Below are positions 50,101-62,738 of a stretch of 64,000 nt of DNA, piece after piece (position 1 is the stretch's first letter; each line of letters opens with the position of its first letter). Origin of the DNA: Zygnema circumcarinatum SAG 698-1b (Eukaryota; Plantae; Zygnematophyceae); NCBI GenBank assembly GCA_037447605.1, contig CM074810.1, positions 744,001-808,000 on the forward strand, read 5' to 3'. Both the position numbers and the translations under genes were made by a program. The notes beneath the pieces were generated by a model. That model was not told where the DNA came from, ran no database searches, and saw only the letters and a program-made list of their open reading frames with translations.

Positions 50101-53100
50101 GGCTGCACTGCCTGCAGCGATGGGAGAGGCCATGGATGTTCCGGACTTGCCTGCATTCGGATTGCCAATGTTAGAAAACTGAAGGCGAAATAAAATGCCA
50201 AATGTTGAAAAGTGCTCAGCAAGCAGTGGGGGAAAAGTTGAGATTTTTCTACTTCTTAGGGCTCGAACAATCTTACTGCTGGTTGAGCAGGATGACGAGG
50301 TAGTGTCGGAGCTGTACCTCGCAGAAATAATCCCATCGCCTGCCATGCATGTCCAAGAACAGGGGAATCATGCAGTAGTTCAGCAATTCCTTCTAGTTTT
50401 TTTTTTAAACTATTGACAAGCTTTGAACATGTGATGTTTTGAAGATTTTGGTTTGCACTTATTGACTTGGTTTCGTGCAAAGAGAATGTTCTAACCCGGA
50501 GCTGTAATTTCAGGCTTTATACGACCGTCGGAAGTGGGCCCCCAACTGGAGAATCCCGCCATGGAATTTGGACCGTAGCGGAGGTCGAGGGGGAGGGGTT
50601 CAATGGAGAGTTGAAGGAGAGAGCCGGAAGATAGGAGAGAGAAAAATGCATCTCCCACAGCGAAGGGAATGGACCCCCCCGGAATGGTAATGGAGTCACT
50701 TGAGCTGAATGGGGGAGCCATTGTGAAGTAACCCATAGAGTCGGTGTTTGAAACAATGGCAGCTGCGGCTTTACTTTGTTGAGCGTTTCGCAGCTGCATG
50801 GTCGTTCAAAAGTTGCAGTGGGCGTTCGTAAAAAAAGAATAAGATTTACTTTCCTAAGCATCTCACATAGCAGACTTCTCTCGGGCCGTGTTTTACTGAT
50901 TACTGATTTACCCACGCGTTTGAGTTTCATGCAAGCAATGCTTCGATTTTGACCCGCTATCTTCGTCGTCTTCGTTGTTTTGGGTCGTTTTGCAGAACCA
51001 TGACTTCATTGACTAAAATTGGTTAAGTGATTGATTACCTTAGTTGCATAGATGCAGTTCCCTCTCGTCAATAAGACAATGTTTCCGGCAATTTCCGGGG
51101 CATTAGTCAGCTCTGTGCAGCCATCCGTCGGAATCCCCCGAACAACGTTGTGGGGTTGCTTCCATTTTGATGGTTTGGAGGCAAAAGAAGGACCATAGGA
51201 GTGCTCCAAAAGAGGGTACCATGGCTGGTCTATGCGCAGCTTCAAGCGTTCCGGCACCACTATGGACATCTTAAAAGTGGCTTCAGCCGCTTTGGAGGAT
51301 GTTCCCACAGCCCCTAGGGTTGCTCCCACAGCGATGCAGTTCTTGGCAAGAGCGGGGGAAGTTATAGTCACTGCACAATGTGGGAGAGACGGAATTTGAT
51401 GCTTTAGGATGGGTCGTCTCCTCTTTTTCTCCCTCTCTCTCTCTCTCTCTCGCACTCCCTCTTTCTCTCTCTCTATCTCTCTCTCTCTCTCTCTCTCTCC
51501 TCTCTCTCTCCCCTCTCCCTCTCCCTCTATCTCTCTCTCTCTCTCTCGCCTCCCCTTCTCCTCTGCTCCATTTCCAGTGCTTGAAAGCTGGGGAGAGAGG
51601 ACTGACCTTGTTTGTTGTGCAGTAGGCCCTGGTTGCCTGCGGCCACAAAGGGCAGAAACATCTGCGGCAGAGGGGAGCCGAAATGGGCACAGAGAGGGTA
51701 GTAAGGAAAAACATAGCTGGGGGTACAAGAACAGAGGACTCATCTATTTTTGTTAAGAACCTACAAGTTGTCGTTTTGGCCAAATTGCTGAAAGTGTTCA
51801 AGGAAGGATTGACTATCTCACGGGATTCTCAAAAGTAAACTTATCAACAGTCTGTGCGAAGATGTCGTATGTTGTCGATGCTGTCCCCCAAGAGTCGCTG
51901 TGTATGCGTGCACCCACTTCATATGCGTGTCTGTGCAAGAAGTGACAGAAGCCCAATGCCCATTTTTGTTTGCAGGAAGAAACGAAAGACTAAATCTCTT
52001 ACATGTGTGCATGTGTATGCATGAAATGTTTTGAGTTCCACTGCCTAATTCCAAAGTTCAGCTCTGCCAATCACCTGCTCAGCACACACGGAGGCTTACG
52101 CGTAGTAATCGTCTCCCATCGTACGAGGAGGAATGATGTAGTCCACATTTCCCGCCGCCATGTCCGTAAAGAAGAGCTTGGCATCGGGAGCCATTCCATT
52201 GAACTTGGAATTCTCCGTTGAGTTTTTATCCTGAGAAAGACAGTGCCCTAAAAGAGAGCCACACACGTGTGTTCCGTGACTCTCCTCGTCCACCCCATTG
52301 CCTCCACTCGCAATGCGATAACCCACCACCTTGCGATGGGAGAGGCCTGGTATTGAGGTGCTGGAATCTTGGAAAAAGCAACTGACCAAATGGGTTTCAA
52401 AAAATAACAAATTCACATGTCAGATGTAAGAAAAAAATGAAGAATCCACTTTTCACTTTAGTAAGAAGTTGGTGGCTACAACCGGTCAATTTTCAGACTG
52501 CTTGAATGCCACCTAAGGTAGTCAAGCTGACTACAAAGGGCTCCCTTCTCTCCTCACCTTTTCAAGTCGACTCCGCTATCGCCAACCCCGACTATCTGAT
52601 TTTTCCCCAGAATGCCGGCCTTCCAAAAAGCTCTGGCAGGCCCAAAAATCCCTTTAGTCACTTCATCGTTGGTGAGAGGTATGTTGACTCCTGATTGCAC
52701 AGTGGACCCTGCATACATGTTGTGAAGGCGTGTGACTGGCTGGGGAGAAAGCCAATGAACCCATTCTTGATGTGAAAACCACTCTAAAGCAAAGGGGAGA
52801 TGCTTTAAAGGAACCGTTGCTTGTACTATGTTGCTTGCAACGGCCACTAACCGAACAGTAGTTTGGATATTCTCATTTGAACTCGGAAGGGACTCCTTTC
52901 GCCGAAGTGCTTCCAAGAATGCCACTTCCCACTGTACGGCTAAGCTGTGTGATACACTGAAAGGGGTGTTTCTACGTTTTTCAACTGGGTGTCCTTCAAA
53001 TGGTAGAATTATATTGAAAGGAAGGTTTCCATGCGAATCATTCACCAGTCGCTCGTATATGAGATCGCCATGGCTGAAAGATTTCTTGTTCTTTAGCCCC

Positions 53101-53977
53101 CTGGGTTGAACAAAGCCGGAGGAGTGCGAGAGGAATTTCAGAAACAGAGAAATTCAAGCATATAGGAGGCTTCTATTAAGTGTCAAGTGATTGCAATGAA
53201 GCAATTCTTAAACTACGCCTTTCTAAACCAGTTTAAATTGAGCCTGGAATGCATACAACGAATTAATGCTTACTCTAAAATGGGCTCCCATTCCGGTGCC
53301 AGTTTCGACTCCGCACCGTAATCGCCGATCCATGCGATTCCAGCCAGAGCTCGTAGCCTCTGCACCGTTAAATAATCATAGACGAATACAAGATAGCAGC
53401 CATGTGGGAGATACCCTATGATTTCGCTTCCTGACTCAGCCGCAACTGCATGAAGATCATCTAAAAATGAGGCCCGAAACATGGCTTCCTCATTCAGCTT
53501 TACCAGTACTTGCTTCTTAAGTAACAATCTTATTCGTTTTGGGTCGAAGGTAATTTTCTTATCAGATAACGCTACTCTTCTTGACACGACTGTTTCAAGG
53601 TCGACCTTTGGGCTTCCCCTGTCTCCGCTTTCACCCAATTTCTCTTCCACTTCTCCAGCATTGAATGTAGGATAATTACATGTGTTATGTGGATTTTTTA
53701 TATTCAGAGCATGTGTACATTGTGATCTATGGGCATCTATAGAGGAACTCTGAGAATGGAGAAGAGTTGGAAACACTTGCGAGTCAGAACCAGCATGGAA
53801 CGACTCCTCTGTGATTTCCGGGACGCTATGCGTATCTACCGTGTGGCTGGCTAAGAAAATCTTGTGCTGCAGCGCCAAATTAGGGTCCAGAATGGACAAA
53901 ATGCAGCCGAGAAGGAGCTTCTGCAGAACATTGGCGGGAATATGACGCACTTTATGATCCAAAACTAGGATAAACAT
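44191..53977 (-). CDS. Membrane-anchored S8 subtilase (KP-43/Tag-like catalytic domain, PA insert, at least seven Cys-containing Ig-like repeats, TM helix, cytoplasmic tail)
   Basis: Catalytic triad motifs VGVGDSGVD, ESHGTHVCGS and SGTSMASPIAAG; AKNCIAVGAT, FSSWGPTSDGRIKPEITAPG, QGFGRVDL; PA domain DGC...GNIVLLTRGNC; repeats W..C.SP..Y..L..G.Y.F.V.A.D..GN; TM VGISVGGFLFLLALTAAGVYCC near 44.7 kb. Gene ends approximate. Confidence 0.9.
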
Positions 53978-54820
53978 GCTGCTTATCAAATAAAGATTAA
54001 AACTTTCAAAATATGCACTAGTCTCCTCGTATGATAATCATACGTCCATCGAGAAGAAAACACAAAACTGTGCAGAATCTTGCAACCGACAAAACTGATT
54101 GCGCCGCCAAGTTCTTGAGAGACAGGGAGAGTGAAGACGGAGACTGGGATAGTGAGGGAGAGTGGGAGAGGTAGAGCGAGTGAGCGAGCCAGAGAGAGAG
54201 AGAGAGAGAGAGAGCGGGAGAGAGAGAGCAGGAGGGGAGAGCCCCTCCCGCAGCAGCGGCGGGCGCGCCGGCCGGCGGCCCCGATCAGCGGAAGCGGCAG
54301 GCGGCTCGATGGGGCGAACAGGTTCTATGGACGCAGTTGGGAAAATTGGGCACATTCAACGGAATCACCCACATGGAACGCGCTCAACACATGGAACTGT
54401 GCAATCGGGAAGCTTCTGGTAGTTGTGAAGGGTTTAGGGTTCTAGGGTGTTCAGAGTGCAACCCCAATTTCATGTTTCATGCTTTTGTGGAGTCGAACCA
54501 TTCGCCTGACCACCGCGTCCCTAGCGCCGCGCGATGTAATGGACTTAGTTGGTAGTTGTCTGATCATGTTTGAGTATGAATTTGAGGTTGTCAACCATTG
54601 AGGGCCGCATCATCTCACATTGTCGACGGAGCCAGTCGTTGGGCCTCTTGTTTGTTCGCGCGCGCTACAGCGCATGCATGCTTCCCCACATAGCGCCGAC
54701 CCTCCAATGGCGACCAAAGAAAGGGCAGCCAAGCAAGGCGATGGAGGCCATCATGGTCAAGAAACCATGAACTATTTGGTAGTCTTTGAGGTAGCCATGG
54801 CCATGGCGGAGAAGGAGGGC

Positions 54821-54972
54821 CAGTGGCGGACCTACGTATACAAGTTGGAGGGTGGAGGCAAAGCTCCCCCTCAGGTTTTGAAGATTCAACTTCTTATAGT
54901 TTTCTCTTATGTTTTTTTTATTCTGAAAGAGGGTTTAGCGCCCCCTCAGCAAAATTCCTGGACGCGTCACTG
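54821..54972 (+). mobile_element. hAT-type MITE, copy 1 (CAGTGGCGGA termini)
   Basis: cagtggcgga...gacgcgtcactg; internal sequence aligns with copies 2 and 3; no TSD retained. Confidence 0.8.
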
Positions 54973-55310
54973 GCAATGCTGGAGAAAGTCGGGAGCAGGC
55001 TGGGGCAATTGATAGTCGGAAAAGGATGTGCATCGAGAAACTTGCAAGAGTGGTTGTTGCAGGAGCTCTATACCATAACTCTAATTGAGTGAAAGATGCG
55101 CAGGCAGGTGAGAGTTTCATACAATTTTTTTTTTAATTTGTGTGGAGTCGACGCGTCGATCTTGGAAGTGTGAGGGGCCGACGCTTGAGCAGCTTGTTTC
55201 TCAGCTGCTTTCGCCTTTATCGAGATTCGAGAGTCGAGGTTGATGGCTATGTATGGGCCATTGCACTCTTGGAGCATACATGGCATGAGGGGCAGTGGTC
55301 AGGCCTGGAC

Positions 55311-55457
55311 CAATGGCGGATCGACATATACAAGTTGGGGGGTTGTAGGCCCACTGAGGTCTTGAAAATTCGACTCTGTTTAGTTTTATCTTATGTATTT
55401 TATTCTGAAAGTGTGCTTAGCCCCCCCCCCTCAGCAAAAAATTTGGATCCGCCTCTG
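55311..55457 (+). mobile_element. hAT-type MITE, copy 2
   Basis: caatggcgga...tccgcctctg flanked by an 8-bp TSD gcctggac/gcttggac (1 mismatch). Confidence 0.85.
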
Positions 55458-55973
55458 GCTTGGACATGTAGGCATATATTGCACTTGAACTTGTACATTT
55501 AATGAAAATACCACCAACCCTAAATGACAACTCTGCATAAGGTAACGCCACGTGGAAAGATAATGAGGAAGGAAGACGTGACACAATGTTGGCAAACGCA
55601 GCTCTGTCTTAAGACTTTTCTAGCACCAAATATACTTCATACAATGCACAAGTCGTGCACAACTCCGAAAACATTTATATTTCGACCTTTTCTGGTTTGT
55701 ATCCGAACTGTGTATCTGTTGGATGGAACAGTTGTTTTCCTTTGCATTCCTGGGATTAAAGCAATTTAAAGAGAAATGCCTTAACAAGGATAGAACCAAG
55801 CAAATCACCCTCCAGCATTCACATTTCATAGCCTGGTTTTCTTACAACTATCGAAGGCATGCTTGTCAATGTAAGCCATGGCGCGGTTTGCCAACATGCT
55901 GACTATATATTGGTTGCGTTATTTTCTATTCATCACATGTGCAATACCCGTACTCGCATCCCCCTGTGATAAC

Positions 55974-56190
55974 CAGTGGCGGATCCAGGATTTCTTCTGA
56001 GGTGGGGCTACGCCCTCTTTCAGCATAAAATACATAATATTAAATTATAAAAAGTTGAATTTCCAAAACCTGAAGGGGGGATAAACCCTCTTTCAGCATA
56101 AAATACATAAGATAAAATTAGAAAAAGTTGACTTTCAAAACCTGAGGGGGAGCTTCTCCCCCCGAACTTGTATTTGCAGGTCAGCCACTT
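55974..56190 (-). mobile_element. hAT-type MITE, copy 3 (inverted, with an internal tandem duplication)
   Basis: Perfect 8-bp TSD GTGATAAC at 55966-55973 and 56191-56198; ccctctttcagcataaaatacataa occurs twice inside. Confidence 0.92.
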
Positions 56191-57409
56191 GTGATAACTT
56201 TTTAGGGGGCCAGATGTAGGCACTGATCATTAGGGGGAGTTTGAGCTCCACGGGAGCCCGATATTCAGCGCTTGGACATGCAACTTTCGCCGCCTATCTG
56301 ACTACTCGGCTGATGAAGCTTCAGGGGATCCCAAGGAGACATTTCCCTTTCCGTACCACACAGCCACTTTAATTTGGCCTTCTCACGATCGAGCATGAAG
56401 ACGGCGGTGCTGCAGTCTGCAGGCAGCTCGCACGTCCAGGACAGTGGCGGATCCGCGGCTGTCGCAAAACTTGACAAGCTTGAATGTTGAATAGTAAAAG
56501 TACACTTGGATTTCAGAGTTTTTTTCCCAACCGAATGATCAGCTTCCCCTGAACTACCCTGCAGCCGGCCCTGATCCAGAACGTTCGGATTGTCCCGAGA
56601 CTCCTTTCGACCCTTCTTTGCATTTTCGTTGAAGAAATTTACAACTCCATAGGCTATACTAGCGGCTCGTACGGAAATTATGACCAGCCGCTCGCGTATG
56701 TGCGTGCGGGGAGCGTGTCTAAGCTCCCAGACAGAGCAGACCATTGCTCCGATGGAGGCAGTCATGTCGAAATTCATGATTGCGGGAAGGAGAAGGACGA
56801 AGACAAGCCTTCGCCACGTGCTCTGCTCTCCAGCGCGTACATTCAGTCAGTCAGTCGCGGCGCGCTTTAAGGTCGCCATGGCCGCCATGGCTGCCTGCCT
56901 GCCTGCTCGCCCGCCGGTAGTTAAGCAGGCAGGAAGGCAGGCAGTTATTCAACGCCCGCAACAGCCTCCCTTCCTGCAGCGCAGAGCCGTACAGGTGCAG
57001 GGGCCGCCAGGCTTGTGCAGGCTTGGCCGTACTGGGACCGGCAGGGCTCAGATCTCGCAATTTGATTCAAGATTCTTACAGTATCTGAGATACTTGAAAA
57101 CATCTACGAGATCTTTCTCATTCCGCCATTTCTTTTTCAGACTGAATCAAAGCCTTCTAGATCCTGATAATTTTAAGATCGTGTACTTGGCTAGATTATA
57201 GTCCAATCCGGGTCCAGATGAAAGTTTTTGGAATCTATTCGCTATCTGTCACCTCCAGATCTCGATTTGATGAATCTAACATCGTGATTGACAGAATCAG
57301 ATATGGTACAGTTGTCTTGCAGCGTATTATGGCAATCCCATCTGAGCCCCTCATCCACAAGAAAAGGAAAACGACAAAGTATGACCTTACAGTATCTTTC
57401 CGTCGTAAG

Positions 57410-57798
57410 TAGGGATGGATTAATTACGACTATATAATATATATTATATTATACAACTGTGACGACTAGATAACGGCTGATATATATTACTTTACAACGC
57501 CTTTACAACATGCACGGTCGTACGGTCGTACGACCGTACATGTCCCTGCCTCTCGGCGGCGAGCACGAGCACGAGCAGACAGAGTGAACCAGACGGACGC
57601 ATTTCGCAACGCCAACGCCAAAACGACCTAATTTTGGTATGGTACGACCGTACGACCGTACGAGTACGGTCGTCAATTGTTCAAAACGAGTGGGTATAAT
57701 ATATGTAATAAATTGTTTTACTTTGTAATATATTACTACTTTTAAACCCGTTGTAAAATATATAATGTATTCGGAATTTATAACGCGGGCCATCCCTA
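57410..57798. mobile_element. Ac/Ds-like hAT MITE with GACCGTAC subterminal repeats
   Basis: TIR TAGGGATGG/CCATCCCTA; perfect 8-bp TSD GTCGTAAG at 57402-57409 and 57799-57806. Confidence 0.93.
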
Positions 57799-58050
57799 GT
57801 CGTAAGACTAATAGCGGTCGAAATGGCCGGTTGAAGTACGGTGATGGCGCCGGCACCGGCAAGTTATATCGCCATATCGGAAATACACTGGCGATATGGA
57901 GATATGAATATCCGTCACGGAAACGCTAAGAACATGATAATATATGGACTTTACGGAACTGTAACTGTAACAGCGTTTTAGGGTTCGAATTTGTAGCAGT
58001 GTGTCGAGAGACAGGGCGAGGGCTGCAGGCAGGGCTGCAAGCCTCAAGGA

Positions 58051-60845
58051 ATGGCAGCCATGGCGGCGGTTAGGGCCACGAGCGCAGCTCTGGGAAGGAG
58101 CTCCGCCGGCGCGAGGTGCGCCATGGCGAGCAGCGAGGTGGAGACACAGACACAGACGCTGACGATGGTGCGGCCCGACGACTGGCACCTCCACCTGCGC
58201 GACGGCGCGGGGCTGCTCTCCGTGGCGAGCCACAGGTGAGGCGTCTCTCTCCCTCTTTTTCTCTGTCACGTTTGCGATTTTCGAGAAAGCCGTGCAAATG
58301 GTATATATATCTAGTTTCCTTTTCCTCTCTATTTTTGTTCGGGCTGCCGCTCGCCCTCCATTCCGCTTTTCTCCTTTCATTGTTCTTTTCTCCCACGCTT
58401 TTTTCGCCCTTCATTCCTTTTTTAATTTTGGAAGTAGGAAAAAATGGATTGCATTTCCATTTCTCATTTGTCAAGAGTTTGATGATTGTAATTGTTTCAT
58501 TTTGCCTGGATTACAGTGCTGCTGTGTTTGAAAGGGCCATCATCATGCCAAACCTGCGTCCTCCTGTAACCTCCACAGCCATGGCTACAGCCTACCGACA
58601 GCGTATTTTGGAAGCCCTTCCTCCAGACACTACATTTCAGCCTCTCATGACTCTTTATCTCACTGACAACACTTCTCCCGAGGAGGTCAAGCTCGCAAGT
58701 ATGGGCTTCATACGAAATGAACGATTATCTTGATTTTCTTCTGCTCGATGTGCTCTGTTGATCCAAAGGTTTCAGCTCTAAAGCTCAGATGAGGTGTTGC
58801 AGAGCAGAGTGGAGTAGTACATGGCTTCAAACTGTATCCTGCCGGGGCTACAACTAATTCTGATGCTGGTGTCACCGACCTCTTTGGTCGCTGCATTCCT
58901 GCATTGGAAGCCATGGCTGAGCTTGGCTTCCCTTTGCTGGTATTCTTCTGAACCACATGATGCTTGGCAATTACTATTATGCATATAGGTCTCGTCGGAA
59001 GCTCACCTTTTTCCGTGAGCATTGCTTTCTTTTTCTTATTTCTTCATAGCGTAAAAATCTTCATGATCTAAAGTTGGTTTTTTTCGCGAGTCATCTGTCT
59101 TTCGTGCTCTTTGGCAGCCATAGTGATACAGACCTTTCATACACCAATTCAAATGTGTGCCGCTTGAACAGGTACACGGAGAAGTCACAGATCCTGATGT
59201 TGACATGTTTGACCGGGAAAAAAAGTTTCTAGAACGTGTGCTTGCTCCTCTTTTGGACCGAGTGCCCACACTGCGTATCGTGCTTGAGCATGTTACAACT
59301 GCCGAAGCAGCAGAATTTGTCGAATCGGGTCCCGAAGGTAGCCATTGATTACCCTCATATTGCACCGCAAATTCACAGGCTAGGTTTTAAATTCGAGTTT
59401 AAAAGAAGTTTTTTTCTTTTTGAAGTCGTTTCTTTCTGGTGTATGGCTGGAAATGTCTTTATTTTGCTTGGAGACAGGCTCATGCTTTCGGTATAGTGTG
59501 ATGTTGGACCAGGAAGAATTGCTGCTACAGTTACTCCTCAGCACCTTCTGCTCAATCGAAACGCGCTTTTCCAGGGCGGAATCCGGCCTCATAATTTCTG
59601 TTTACCAGTGCTGAAGCGAGAAAGTCATCGTAAGTGATACTGAATCGCCTATCTGTCCTTCCAATTGTTCAGTTTGTCTATCCATGCTTGCGATGCTGTT
59701 CAGGACCTGTGAGATTTTGTATGTGAGACATCGTTCCTTTTCTGCTGAAAGGAACACATTTGACATAGGACAATGTGAACAAGTGAACAAGTGAAGTTTC
59801 AACAAACGTTCTCCTCTTCTTCTACTTCTCTTCTTATTTTTTGGCAGGTCAAGCCATTGTTCGAGCGGTAACCAGTGGCAGCAAGCGTTTCTTTCTTGGC
59901 ACTGACAGCGCACCCCATGAAAGGCAAACCAAGGAAGCTCCATGTGGCTGTGCAGGAGTGTTCAGTGCTCCTGCTGCCCTTTCTTTGTATGCTCGCGCCT
60001 TTGCCGAAGTATGTGATCTTAGTATCCACCCTGTCCCCTTAAATTTCTTTTGGTTCACAATTCTATGTCTCTCCATTTTGTTTCTCGATCTTCTCTCTGT
60101 CACATTCCCGTCTTCCCAGTTTCTGCTGTCTTCTTCTCCCTCCTCGTCTTCTCTCCTTTTTCCCAGTTTTACCAGTCTCTGTTTTCCTCGCTACACTTTC
60201 CGTCGCCCCATCCACCTTTCTCACATCACTCAACACTCTCGCCACGATGCTCTCCCCCCTTGCCTTTCCCTCTCTATCTCTCCCGCCCTCCTTCACTTGT
60301 GGCTCAGTCTAGCATTGGGTTCTTGGCTTTGCTGTCCCTTTCCTCGTCAGCCAACTTCACTTTGAGAGGGAGAAGCTAGCACACATTGCTTCAAAAGCTG
60401 CAACAAACCATTATGAATAGACCACGCCATTTTCTGGGCGTGGGTGATGAACTGAACCGTGCTTGCATGAGACATTAAGGAGACTGCACAATACAAAATG
60501 TGAATGAGGGCCAACGAAGACCAAAGTCATTAACCTTAGTCTTGCAGTCGCTTTTACTTGCTTTCATTTTGCCTTACTTAACTTCTACAACTTTGCATTA
60601 TGCAATCGTCCACCCTCATAACCTAAAGGCTATCATGATAATTGCTTGATCTGCAGGCAGGAGCTTTGGACAAGCTTGAAGCATTTGCGAGCTTTAACGG
60701 GCCCGATTTTTATAGGCTGCCTCGCAACTCGGGGAAGATAACTCTGATTAGAAGACCGTGGAAAGTTCCGGAAAGCTTCAATTTTGGAGACGGTGCTGTT
60801 GTCCCCATGAGCGCTGGAGAAGAGCTTGAATGGGCGGTGCTATGA
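58051..60845 (+). CDS. pyrC: Dihydroorotase, class II (E. coli PyrC/plant PYR4 type) with an organellar transit-peptide-like N-terminus
   Basis: [90 protein letters not shown]. Confidence 0.97.
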
Positions 60846-61107
60846 GTCCTTCCGACCCCATCTCATCTCTGGCACATACAATGATGGACCTTGTTGGTTA
60901 CGATGCAGAAGCTCACCAGTTTCTTCTCCAATTGAACCTTTCCCGTACATTTTTGTAGGGCACAAGCCCAGCCTTCGAAATGTTGCCTAATGTTTCATGC
61001 CTACATTGCCAAGAACTGGACGATGATGTCGTTGGCGACAAAATTACGTGGACAAACGAGACGTGACGTGATTTATGCTGATGGCAAATGAACCCATGAA
61101 GTGCTCC

Positions 61108-61250
61108 GCCATCCATGCATCCACGCATCCATACATCCATACATCGATGCATCCATGCATCCATTCATCCATGCATCCATGCATTCATGCATCCATGTAT
61201 CCATTGCATCCATGCATCCATACATCCATGTATCAACGCATCCATGCTAC
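61108..61250. repeat. Degenerate (CATC/CATG)n microsatellite
   Basis: ccatccatgcatccacgcatccatacatccatacatcgatgcatccatg... Confidence 0.85.
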
Positions 61251-61708
61251 GTCGGGGAAGTCAATTACGGAGGGCCAAAGTTTATTTCCTTTGAGAAGTC
61301 AAAATCGTTAATTTCTTATGTGTTCAACCAATTGAACCAAATTGAATTGGTAGTAGGGTATGTCAATGTCGATCTACAGAAACATCGAAGAGTGAGGATG
61401 AAAACTCGATACGAGCTTTGAGGTATTCGATTTTGGTGATAGTTACGAGATTTATCGCTTAACGAGATTACACGATATACCGATCACCCTCATGTATCGA
61501 TGTACTGGTCGAGTGCTGACCCATGGAAAGCTGTGAGAGGGCTGCGTGTTCTGCACGCGCAGGCACATTACTCCTACAGGCTTTCGGTCGAGCAGCGATC
61601 TTAAAAAAAGAACTGGTGGAAGAAAGTGGCATAGTTTTGCTTGGTTCAATGTTTCAAGCGAGAAAGAAATGATTCTGTTTTATTTTGATGTAGTGCTGCT
61701 CGTCGAGC

Positions 61709-62738
61709 GTGAATCAAAGCAACTGCATCGCAATGTCACACAATTCGACTTCTCCTGCAGTTATCCTGATGAAGGGCCATCCCGGCACAGGGAAGAGCAC
61801 CCTCGCAAAAGGCCTTGCAAGAGCCCTCCGATTTCCCCTTCTTGACAAAGATGATGTCCGGGACTGCACCATGACTCTGCAGCATTCCTCGGCTCTGCCA
61901 ACATCAAGTACTTTAGACAGTAGAATGGAAACTGTGAAGGAGCCTGCAGCTATGGATTCGGGTTTTCTGAGTCCAAACGTGGACCCTGCCGCACTTAATA
62001 GCTTATCATATGAAGTTTTATGGCGGATGGCGTCTACGCAGCTTTCGTTAGGGCTAAGTGCCGTCATTGACACGCCACTGGCGCGTGAGGAGCTCTTCCG
62101 CACCGCCTGCTTGCTCGCAGCAGACAATGGCGCTAAGGTGTTCGTGGTGGAATGCAGGCCGAAGGATGAGCAGGAATGGCGAAGGAGGCTGGAATTGAGA
62201 GCACGGGAAGCAATGCAGAGTTACGAGGCTTCTCAGATGGGTGAAACACAAGGTACTTTTTTGTTTCGTCTCTCATATGGAGCTCTTCCTTTTTGTTGGT
62301 CTCTGTACTTTCTGCAGCAATAATGTGACGAAATGAGGGGTTTTGTTCCATTCGTCAAAAGTGAAGAAAGCTGCAGAAAGCTGGTTGTGTGCTATTGAGA
62401 ACGCTGGAAAAGAGTTTGCTCGATGAATGAAGTCTCGAAGAAGGAATGATTTGGAGCAAATGATTGGATTCGCCAACTGATAACAACACACTATTGCCAA
62501 TGCAGAGAGTGATGAAGGGTGCAAGAGGAGTAGTAACCAAGCAGGCATGCTGACATGGCACAAACCTGCAACATGGACTGACATGCAAGAGCTGCTTGCC
62601 AAGTACAAGGGCTGCTGGGAGTATGACATGGGGTCAATACCCCATTTGGTGCTTGACACCACGTTCTTGGGTCAAGAAGAAGTGCTGGAGACAGCATTAG
62701 CTTGGCTATCCCCCCGGCTGGCCTCCACGTATATCTGA
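61709..62738 (+). CDS. P-loop kinase-like protein (AAA_33 type); 5' end uncertain
   Basis: Walker A MKGHPGTGKST, LLDKDDVRD, AVIDTPL, VFVVEC..D...WRRRLE..R; second exon HKPATWTDMQ...PHLVLDTT, stop at 62738. Confidence 0.85.

Noticed and set aside
56265-57201. 170-aa minus and 173-aa plus ORFs between the subtilase and pyrC
   Set aside because: No recognisable domain, they overlap MITE-like sequence, and no splice chain could be built
17105-60845. Functional cluster idea (Elongator + tRNA + Fe-S factor IBA57 + pyrimidine synthesis + DNA repair)
   Set aside because: Elongator modifies U34 tRNAs, not tRNA-Asp(GUC); IBA57 is organellar; co-location of housekeeping genes needs no special explanation
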